Below the pieces are notes generated by a model, which was given only the letters and a program-made list of their open reading frames with translations, had not been told where the DNA came from and did no database searches. Positions 10,190 through 20,923 of a DNA stretch of 64,000 nt are shown here, in pieces. Both the position numbers and the translations under genes were made by a program. Each line of letters begins with the position of its first letter. The first letter of the stretch is position 1. This DNA comes from Leptogorgia sarmentosa (Eukaryota), in NCBI GenBank assembly GCA_964658305.1, contig OZ210885.1, positions 21,948,001 to 22,012,000 of the forward strand, in the 5' to 3' direction.

Positions 10190-12953
10190 ATTTATGAATT
10201 TCGTGAGTGTCACATGGACGTAATTCGTGTTTCTTTCACGAAAGAAAAACCATGAATATTAATTGCTTCCGGCATCAATATACTTCCTTTGCAAATCGAC
10301 TTCTGTTAGCCAATTAATTCACTTCCGGTCCATAAAATTACTTCCGATTACATTGCATTGCATCACCAAATTCTCCGTGATGTTTTGATAAAAATTTTCT
10401 GTGATGTTTTAATAAAAATTGTGACCCTTGTGGCCCGTTTCGAAAAATATTGCGCGTTGTTTTCCCATTTTTTTGCCGTGGCCCTTTTGGGCCACCGTAA
10501 ATAAAAAATTGCAGTGATATTTCCATAAATATTTGCCGTGATGTTTCCAAAAAACTTTGCAGCGATGTTTCCGTGAAAATTTGCCGTGACTTCGGTGACC
10601 CTTGTGGGCCGTTCCGAAAAATATTGCGCGTTGTTCTCCCATTTTTTTGCTGTGGCCCTTGTGGGCCACCGTATGTACCTTTCAATTGTTGTATAAAAGA
10701 AATTTCAGTACTATATTGTATTTACCTTTCAAAGTCATCCTTAGAGGTCTCTTTGAATTGATTTAACACTACCTCTAAACTCCTCTCTATATTACTCCTT
10801 CTTTTCTTTATTTGTGGTCCTTTTAATTCAGTAACCTTCTTCTCCACTTTTGCATTTTCCTCTTCTTTTGCAGTTTCATCATCTTGCCTTTCAGCTTCTT
10901 TGTCATTGGGGTTGTATACTGTTGTGTTAAATTTCTCTTCATGGTCTGGATTGTCTTAACAAAAAAACAACTTCTACTTATAAAAATCCAAGCTCTGTTG
11001 TACTACCAGTACTTTGTTTTATAACAAAACATACTCGTACAACTATGGCCTTTTAATGCGAAGTAGACTGGCAATTGAAGCTAGGAACTAGGCAAAGTTG
11101 CAAGATTAGGTCTGGAATACTTACCAGGCTTCTCAACAATATCTGCCATTGCATTATTGTCCATGTTGCAATTTGGACAAAAGAAGTCATCAGCAACATC
11201 ATGCACCATTAATGAGCCTCCTTCGGTATTGTGAACGCCACTGGAAAAGATATCTTTTTCATAAGAACAACTTTGGCATTTCATTACACTTTTATCACCT
11301 TTTCCATATTTTTTTGTCAATGCATTAACTAATAGAAAACAGAATCAGAAAAAGAAATTGGCAAAATTTCATGCATGCGATACTATAAATTATTAAGATC
11401 ATAAGTTTCAAGCTATATGAAAATAACTGTTGGGTCATTCCAGGAGAGATCCACCCCCCTTCATTGTAGAAACTTCCTTCATCCATGGTAAACAGGAGGA
11501 AAAATATGTTTTGGCGAATGCCTGGAAAGGGAGGTGGTTAATTGCCTTCCATTTTTTAGCACACTGCATTCTAAACAACCAAAAATTAACAGGTCTATAT
11601 CAAATAGGAAAAATTACATGAGTCTTCCAAATTATTCTGAAATGTAGTATCGTCATCAATATTTTCACTCTCTTTCATTGTATCCAATACAGGCACTGGT
11701 GTAATGTTATGTCGATTTGCCAAAATTCTATCCATTTGGTCGAAAAACTTCCACTTCTTTTGTTTTCCATTCCCAGACTTCTGTGTCTTGTCCTTTTCAC
11801 TTTTGTACTTTTGACGTAATTTTTTCATTTTGTTAACTATTATCTTTAACGTAAGCTCTGTGTAACCTTTGGCATGGAGTTGTTCCTATAAAAATAATTT
11901 TAAAATTGCATAAAGTACTTTCAATCCTCAATTAAATACAAATTAGCGAACTATATAGATGGGTAAATGTTTGTTTACGTTTCACACTTTTACAGGCAAA
12001 TACTCTCTTGTGAATATGTTAGCTATATTGTGTTAATCTTCATTGTTCAAAATCACCCATCCTTGGCTGCCTGCCAAAATCATACGCAACTTACGAGAAA
12101 TATGTTGTAAACTTTGTTGCTTTGTTTCAGTGTTTTGGCATTTTCCAATACAACTTGAATGACATCATCGCTCCACGCTTCCAATAGCTCTTTCGTTTCT
12201 TTATCTGACCAAAGCTTCCCTCTGCTATTCTTCGTTTTCGTTTCTGCCATTTTGCAAATATTAATTACATTAATCTGCGCATGATCAACGATATAAAATT
12301 GCTGATGCAAACACTATTTTTGATATTTTGGGCACGGTACCCATGTTTAAGCGGGCCGAGACTACCTTTTCAAGCGGTCTCGGCACACAAAATATGGGTC
12401 TGCTGACCTATAAATTGCCTGTTTACACGACAAAAATTAAGAGTGCCGTGCCCAAAACAGTTGTCGTGTAAACAGGGCTCCAGGCTACGTCTTATACGTC
12501 CCAGGACGTAGTAAAAAAATCCAGAGGATTATTGATTTATTGCAATAATTTGTTAAATAATTTTTCAATGATTAATTCACCAAATATAATAAAATATTTT
12601 CGAAATATTTATTACAAAATGAACGAATTCCATCTTTTAAACTTCGTATTTAAATTTTATTTAAATGAAGTATCATATTCTGTTCAGCAGACGATAGCTC
12701 TGCTCGAAAATGACCGATGTGTCCAAATAATTAGTTATGCATCACCAACAAAAAAGAATATATTTATCAACAAGAATAGCTTTACACTCTCAAGAAGAAG
12801 ACCAAGCACATGTTCGCCCGAGTCCTTTTGCTCGTCCAAAATTAATTATGCAAAGAAAAACTGGAATATGTAATTAAATTATGTATTCTTCTAAACATTC
12901 CCCCTTCCCGCACTGGGAACGCCTAGTTCAAGTGCGCCATTGTGTCTGATTTG

Positions 12954-15900
12954 TTAAATGTTTAATGGAATCAACTTCTGTATGGGTCGCATCATCGTTT
13001 TATCCCCACATTGTACCTGTGCCACTCGATTGTGACCATCTCTCCCCGTATGGACTGTAAGGATTCTTGCTAACGGCCACTGTCCTCGAGGAAGATTTGA
13101 TTGTGCCACCAATACTATATCTCCGGCCTGCAAATCATTGAAAACTTGTGTCATTTTGGTCGAGTAGTAAGCATGGCCAAATACTCATTTAACCATCTTC
13201 GCCAGACCAATGAGATCAGGTGCTGCACTTTTTGCCATCTTTGCTGAGGATGGAACCCAGTTGTATCGACAATGTCCGGGGCGAACTGACCAGCCATTTG
13301 ACCGTACAAGAAGTGGTTGGGGGTAAGAGGGATGATGTCGCGAGCATCAGATGACTGGTAAGTCAGTGGTCGGTAATTCAGCTCCTTGTCGTTAACATCG
13401 CCATTACAGAGAACCATATATATTGCTCTTTTCGCCGCCTTCACCATGATCTTGTGTGCCCCTCTGAAATGGAGTGCAGCAGGTGGGTTAAACAGCCATC
13501 GTACACCATTCCCTGACGTTTTTCGTATACTTCTTCATCTGACTCAAAAAGCTCTTTTAATTCGTTCACTGCCCCAACAAAATTTGTCCCATTGTCACTG
13601 ACGACTTCCTTTGGAACCCCCCTCCTGCTGGTGAATCGAGCAAATGCATTGAGGAATGCATCTGTGTCTAATCTCCAAGACATCTCCAAATGTACCGCTC
13701 TGATGGATAGACATGTGAACACGCATAGATATAGTTTTTGTCTCGTTTGACCACGTCCCTGGATGGTGAGAAACAGACCAGCAAAGTCCACTCCGCATTG
13801 ATCAAACGCTCGATAGGTGAATCGTAATTGCACTTGCTGCAATGGCGCCATTACTTGGTTAGCCGACTTGTTTCGTCTCCTTTTACAAGTGTTACACTGA
13901 CTCTCCCAACAACGGATCTCTTTGTGTGCCGCGATTATCCAGTACCGCTCACTGAGTTGACTAAGGACGAAATTTACACCCGCCGCATGATTGCCTCTCT
14001 CGTGGTAATGTTTTACGATCAGTAGAGTAATCCAGTGGCCTCTGGGCAGGATTATAGGATGGCGTGCATCATAGGGAAGTTGCTCTGCAAACTGCTGATG
14101 GCCGTCGGAACGAATAAGCCCGTCCGCATCAATTCTAGGATTCAATTAACAAGTTGACTTTTTGGTGACACCGGTTTTCTGGCTGTGAGATTACGGTATT
14201 CTTCACTGAAGGATTCTTGCTGAGCGGTCCGAATGACCTCTACTTCAGCTTCCCTGAGTTCCGCTGGAGTTAATTCCGTCTCAATTCGTCTTTGTACGTT
14301 CTTACGCATGTTGAATAATGCCCTTCTGACTCTGGCTCGAACTCGTAATAGCCGTAACCAACTGGAAAAGTGTTTTGGACCAGTCTCCATTCATTTTGCT
14401 CCTGTTCGGAGTCCAACTGTTCGGTATTGTCTGTCCAACTTGCCAGTGTCATGCATCTCGGTTTGATCTCTGGTGGGTTCTCTGGACGGTTATCTGTCTT
14501 CATCTGCGCCCATTGGTTGTGGTCTAACATCATCCAATCTGGTCCATTCCACCATAACGAACTCTCGGCAAGCTGTGTCGGACTTGCACCTCTACTACAT
14601 AGATCAGCTGGGTTCTCGGCTGTACGTACGTGCTGGCTCCGACCCTCTCTGGATCTCGCCGACCCGATTTGCCACAAATGTTCGAAAATCTTTGCCCCTG
14701 CCACGTATCCACCACAGAACGTCCATGCTATCTGAATAGAACAACACGTCTCGCGTCGGAATGCCCAGAACTTGAATGATTGACTGTGTTAACCTTAACC
14801 CAAGGACAGCCGCCATCAGTTCCAGTCTAGGGATGGTGATAGGCGTTAGAGGTGGTACCTTGGATTTCGATGCTACCAAACGACAAGTAACTGCTCCATT
14901 CTCATAGTCATGACGAATATACACCACGCTACCATATGCGTCTTTCGAGGCGTTGACAAAAGTTATAATTTCTTTTGAGCAAACTGGATCTGCAGCACGT
15001 AAGCATCTGGGAACTGTCACTGTGTTGAGTGTTGTCAACTGATTAAACCATTGTTCCAATCTCTGAGCGATTCCGTCTTCGATCTCGTCATCTTACCCAT
15101 AACCTCGTGACCATACCTCCTGTAATAGTATCTTTGCGACAACAATGAACGGGCTAATCAACCCAAGCGGATCGAATATGGTGGCAATTTTCTTTAACAT
15201 GTTCCTCTTCGTAATTTGTAACCGTGGCGTCTCCGAAATAGGAATCTTGAATTCATCCCACTGGCTGTTCCAGGCAAGTCCGAGCGTTTTTGTGGTTGGA
15301 TTTTGGCCATCGTTTATTGTTAGGTTGCAAGCTCCATCATCCTCTGGAATTGCTTCCATAACTGTTGGTGAGTTGGACACCCACTTCCTTGCTTGCATGC
15401 TTGCTTTCCCCCACAGATCCTTCAGCTCATGATACAACTTCACACCGTCATCTGCATTCTCGACACTATCAATGGAATCGTCCATGTAAGTCGACTTTAG
15501 GACTGTTTCTGCAGCCAACAAATATTTCTTCTTATGCCTTCGAGCGTTCTCCTGGGCGACAAACTGTGCCTCCAACGGCGCTGAACACCACCCTGCTAAA
15601 CTCGTACTCCTCCGGTTCACGTCCACACTCAAGGTCTCTCCACAGCATTCAGAAATATGGTCGATCTCGTTCAGGAATCTGTATCTGAAGAGACATCTCC
15701 TTAATACCACAAGCAATGGCTACAGGGTTGCGACGGAATCTAAGTAGGACGTTAAGTAAATCTTGCTGTAGTTTCGGACCAGCATGGATAACATCGTTCA
15801 GAGACATTCCATCGTGTTTCGCCGAACAATTGAAGACTATGCGGACTTTAGTGGTCGTCTTGTCCATCCTAATGATTGGAAAGTGAGGCAAGTACCAGGA

Positions 15901-17762
15901 TCCCAGAAGTTCTTCCTTGGTTGGGTCAACCTTTTGGGAGGTAGCCTTTTTACACGTACCCTTCGATGGTGCTTTGGTACTCCCCTGCTACTGTGGGATT
16001 CTTTACAAGATTTTCTCGGTCGATCGTAGGCGCGACATTGCCGTTGCCCGGTTGTTCGGTAACTGTGGTGATTCTTCCTTCCACGGTATTCCTAGTCGAT
16101 ATCTTCCGTTCACGAGCTTTAGGGAGTTCTCGACCTTGGCAAGAGCTACGGTTTCTTCTTCGGTAAGTATCTTGGTATTTATTGTTGTTCCTTCCTGCTC
16201 AAGTTGCCAGAAATTTCTTAAGGCTTGGTCTAGGTTACAACATTCAGGCGTGTCGAAGCTCGTCGTTGTCTGTCTGGTGAACAGCGTTCTCATGGCATGT
16301 GATCTGACGATTGACTTTGCGTTCTTGGTTGGCGGTCCAATGCAGTTCCACCCGAGCGGCCCATGACGCGCCACCAGGCCTCCTTTCGGTCCCTGGAAGT
16401 CGATTATGGAGAAATGAAGTTCTGGATTGTCTACACCAATCAGCAGGTCAGCAAGTTCTTCCTTAGCTGGCGCCAGGAAATTGCACTGGTGGAGATGCGG
16501 CCATTCCTTCTGGTACTTGCTCCAATCAACAACACGATAATTCCCAGTTACTTCTCTTGGGCATGTTTGAACATTGATCATCTTCGAGAACTGGCGGTCG
16601 GAACTTTCAATTTCGACTTGAACTGGCATGGATCTAAATGTCTCCACCGAATCACGTGAACCTGTACGTTTTGCCATCTGCCACAGATCCCAAGGTATCC
16701 TGCAACCTTCATTAGAAGCATCATCCAGCACTGCGTTTATTTTGATCCTTTTCCCATTTGCCTTTATCCAAACGGGGACCATTTTCAGTGAGTGCATCTC
16801 TGCTTGACTTTTTGACTGACTGGTTGTTGTCGTTGTAACTATTAACGGGTCTGATGCCCCCTCCTTTGGGGGAATTGACTGGTCCTTGGCTCCTGGTGGT
16901 ATGGGAAGATTTGGGATTTTACTGCTATTATGGTCAGGGTCATGGAGCAATCGATGATGAGTAAATGGACAACCGTCTATATTACACTGGCGTGATCGTC
17001 TGCACTCCTTATCATGGTGATCAGCTCCAAGGCATCGAAAGCACAGCTGCTTTTCCTTGGCAATTTTCCAACTACCGTCAAGGGATTTCTGTTGAAAATG
17101 ACGGCAACTCCATATGCCATGGCCCACACGGCCACAGGATGTACATGGTGGCTTTTCCTCCCACAAATTGCTAGACGTGTTAGGTTGGTTTGAATCGTCA
17201 GTTCCTTGTTTTCCAGTGCGATAAGATCTAACCTTGTGCTTTTCTAATTTGCTCTGGTTACCCTTTACTTCTGGTATTGGTTTCATTTCTAATCCATGGG
17301 CCATTTGTGCAGCCTCGACTCTGATGGAGACTTCTTGCTTCAGCCATCGCACAAACTAATAACAGATTGCCTCTTACTATTGGTACTTAACCATCGGCTA
17401 TATGTCTCCAACTGTCAGTCGGATAATTTTCGTACAAGCTGTCGATGCAGGGTGCCCTCTCCTAGCTCCGAGTCCCGTTTCTCGCCACCCTTTTGTTGTA
17501 TGTAATAGGCAGACAACTCATCGTTCTGAGTTTCCTCAAGTGAAGTCCACAAAGCGTCGATACGATGCTCAATTTCTTTTTCTTCCAATACTGTTTTTGG
17601 AGCACTATACGATTTCTCCAGTTGATGCCCTATTTTGATTGTATTTCGTTTGCTGGCACGCTTACGGCGACATAGTTCCAGTGAGATCTGGAGACTTTTT
17701 ATGCTTTCGTCCAGCTTTGGCAACTCCATGTTGCTGTCAACTGGCGGCGACTCATCCGACAT
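12954..17762 (-). pseudogene. BEL/Pao gag-pol: Gag zinc knuckles, protease, RT, RNase H, integrase; many frameshifts
   Basis: CTSCGRVGHGIWSC and CFRCLGADH, AVLDDAS, YMDD, ASKSKVPPL..TIPRLEL, GVDFAG..SDNGTNF, LTPNHFL, WPLARI. Confidence 0.9.
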
Positions 17763-18031
17763 GGCAAGGCTCTAAAATTGCCAACGAACTCTTCATATCT
17801 TTATAGTAACAGTTCTTTCAAATGTCTATGCAGAATACTTGCATAAATTACGCACGAATCGTTGAATCCCGAACAATTGGTAAAATTATACTATACAGAA
17901 ATTCCAGTGAAACAACTGAAATTCTATATCCTTCGATACAGCAATGCAAGATTGAAATAATCAACTTATCGTAACTTATCTGGCACTATAACGGTGATGT
18001 TTTCTGTGACGGTAGTAGTAATGTTCTGGCA

Positions 18032-20798
18032 TGTTGAGAATTTTGCCTCCGATGATCGTACTATCCTCAACTACATCTCAATGTCGTTTAAATTTAATAA
18101 GATAATCCCAAAATACAAATAATCTCAAATCTCTCGCTTAAGTTGAAGTCTCTCGGACGCTCGCTATATCACAAATTTATCAACTCGTGTTTAGCTGTCA
18201 AAGCTGTCACTTTTTTCAAACCACTCCCCCTGTTAATTATTAATCTAGTCAATATGAATGTTCAATTCCTGACACACTCCCCCATGTACATCCTCGGAGA
18301 CGTGTACATGCTACTTGTGTCTATGCCTTAACAACCGTCCATTAAATATAAACCTAATTTATAAAAAGGATATTAAGAACTACATTTCATTGTCTTCTAC
18401 TTCCACTGCCAGGTCTTGTATACGTAGTTCCGCGATCTTTGCTGCGTTTCTCTTTGGTTGGAACTCTGCTAAGGGGATTCTTGATGGATGTCATTACATG
18501 ACAGTTCCAACAGGTACAAGTGCTGTATCAATCTCTCTAGTTGCCCTTTCGATGTTCTCAGTTTCACAGTTCTAACAGAACCGTCTCTTCCTTCGATGTA
18601 TCTGCAAGACTGAGGACATCTAACCGACAAAGCCTCTCAAAATCTACCCGTGATGTTTGCGTCAGGAACATTGTTTGTTGGTCAAAGTCAGCCCCAGGGC
18701 ACATAACAAACCATCTGAGCTTCGTTCGCTCTGCAACTGGTTCACAATCTCCCCCTACGATAGGTCTTTCATCCATTTTGATTCGTGCATACTCCCCACT
18801 GCCAAGAATGATGTGAACCGGGAGCTGTTGCTTCGTGTCGTGGTCATCGATTTGAACAGACTTGAGGTGTTCATAGCGTTGTTTCAGCTTTCGATATTCT
18901 GGGTTGTTGATTGACAGTAATTGACCTTTCTCAACCTTCGTCACTTTCACGTTCATGTGGTAACTTTCGTCCGTAGCGCTAATGTTCACATCATACGACT
19001 CCAGTACTGATGAACACGAACTCATTAGCATGTCCACGCGTTGACGCTTTATCTCGCTCGGTTTTACGTTAAGTAGGTTTATCAGCTTGGCCGAGGTGTA
19101 AGAACTACTGGCACCCGAATTGATTAAAGCGCGGCAGGTAATCCCATTCACCTTTATAACCACTACGGGGAAGATGCCTTCACCACATACACCATCCGTC
19201 ATCAACTTTTTAACAGGCCCTTTGCTGGTCTGCTGCGGCTGGTTATTACCAGGACTATCATCGTCATTTTTCGTTTGGTCGCAAATGGAGGTGTGATGAC
19301 ATCTGTTACAAATGGTACAGGATGACTTGCTCGGACATACTGCAGCGCGATGGGGCTTAGTTGCACAGTTAAAGCATAGTCCCTTTTTTGCCAAAATACG
19401 TCTGCGCTCCGATACGTCGGTTATTTTATCACACTGAATTGCTTTGTGTGCAGGGTCACCACAATAAATGCAACCTTTGACTTTAAATTCTTCGCGCGCT
19501 TGAAATAGTTTCTTGCGATTATCACGATAAGTCTCGTCATGTGGGGTAGGTGGATTTCTCTCTAACCATTGTCGCAGGGACTCTACTAACCTAACGAAAT
19601 CCCACGACTCCCAGTGTGGGTCAGTGCGTACTAGGTCGCCTCGGATCCCAAATAATTTTTCGAGTGTCATCGAAACATTCTTATTTATAAGACTAAGTTT
19701 GTTTATCGTCTCAAGTGCTTGCACACAGTAGGTTAATTTATCACTAAATTCTGCCACCTTTCGCGGATTTGAACTCGTAATTCGAGGTAGATCGATGATC
19801 TCTTTGACGTAACACTTAATAATCTCAGACTCCTTCCCATATTTATCTTGTAACACTGCTTTCACGCGATTATAACCTTCGGGGGAAAAGGGGAGGGCTT
19901 CTACACATCGCTTGACTTTTGGACTGAGCAGTTCACATAAATGGGTAAATTTGGTGATTGGTGGAATAGAACTTTTATCGATTGCTTCCGTAAATTGGCC
20001 CTAGAACCTTGGCCAATCCATGCAAGAACCCTCGAACTTAGAAATGACTAGTTTGGGGAGTTTTGCGGTTTGGGTGAAACATGCCCCAGATTCCTCTGTT
20101 TCCGATTTTGTCGCAGACTTCTTGCCAAACTCGTTTTGCAATCGCAGCCTTTCTTCATGTAATTTCATTTCCAATCTAAATTGTTCCTCTTGCGCTGCAA
20201 ACTTATGTGTATGTTCCCTTTCCGCAAGCCGTTCCTGAAGTCCTTTAATTTCACAATCAGCCATTTCAAGATCGTTATCGATCTCGTCATTCCAAGTGTT
20301 AATTTCAGAAATGTCTTCCTTTTCGGCATTTTTTTTCTGCCTCTACAGTACGTTTGCATTGATTTATTTTGCTCACAATCGTTTGCAGGGTTTCAAGGTG
20401 CCTTTTTATCGGCTCGCTCCTACCTGCCTCCAAACTCTTGGGTGCTCTCTTGGTCGCCATTCCTAGCTGTAAACGCTTTGTCGCCAACTCTGTTGTTGCC
20501 ATATTCGTTAAATGTTCAACGTTTCTTTGTGGTAAATATCCCATCGGAGGTGCCACTGTGTCAAGAATTTTGCCTCCGATGATTGTACTATCCTCAACTA
20601 CATCTCAATGTCATTTAAATTTAATAAGATAATCCCAAAATACAAATAATCTCAAATTCTCGCTTAAGTTGAAGTCTCTCGAACGCTCGATATATCAAAT
20701 TTATCAACTCGTGTTTAGCTGTCAAAGCTGTCACTTTTTTCAAACCACTCCCCCTGTTAATTATTAATCTAGTCAATATGAATGTTCAATTCCTGACA
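18032..20798 (-). mobile_element. BEL/Pao element #2, internally deleted, nested in the leader of #1
   Basis: Near-identical LTRs at 18032-18274 and 20559-20798, GGCA on both flanks, PBS-like TGGCACCTCCGATGGG, and a short PPT. Confidence 0.9.
18380..20502 (-). pseudogene. Gag-protease of BEL #2 joined to the last codons of pol; RT, RNase H and integrase are deleted
   Basis: KLPKLVISKFEG..DWPRF, three Cys-His knuckles (CIYC, CFNC, CTIC), and a mutated protease motif ALINSGAS. Confidence 0.85.
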
Positions 20799-20870
20799 GG
20801 CAATACGTAATTCAATAACATGTTCGTACAACAACCCGATGAAAATACATGTTTCCCATAAATTTAACTG

Positions 20871-20887
20871 TCCTGGCAGGATCGCCA
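20871..20887 (-). promoter_or_regulatory. Primer-binding site, probably tRNA-Arg
   Basis: TGGCGATCCTGCCAGGA lies 2 nt from the 5' LTR and is complementary to the 3' end I recall for invertebrate tRNA-Arg(ACG). Confidence 0.7.
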
Positions 20888-20923
20888 AATGTTCAGCAGA
20901 CGATAGCTCCGCTCGAAAATGAC

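Larger units (their letters stand above)
4599..10673. mobile_element. Complete IS3EU-type DNA transposon #1
   Basis: TAC..GTA ends, TIRs at 4599-5071 and 10154-10673, exact 6-bp TSD TGTACC (4593-4598, 10674-10679), and two convergent genes. Confidence 0.92.
4102..12250 (-). pseudogene. Harbinger Myb/SANT-like DNA-binding protein gene, multi-exon, with IS3EU #1 in an intron
   Basis: MAETK..LWSDKETKELLEAW (from 12250), KMKKLRQKYKSEKD..SG...KKWKFFDQMDRIL (11600-11880), and a coiled-coil last exon near 4100-4430. Confidence 0.75.
3526..12479. mobile_element. PIF/Harbinger transposon, internally deleted
   Basis: TIRs AGCCCCGTTTACACGACAA / TTGTCGTGTAAACAGGGCT with a 3-bp TSD CCA (3523-3525, 12480-12482). 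The empty site is visible in the other arm of X (~26700). It carries a transposase remnant and a convergent Myb-like gene. Confidence 0.9.
12681..20923 (-). mobile_element. BEL/Pao LTR retrotransposon #1, decayed
   Basis: 3' LTR at 12681-12897 (TG..CA) with adjacent PPT (12898-12909). Only 34 bp of the 5' LTR remain (20890-20923). PBS at 20871-20887. Confidence 0.9.
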
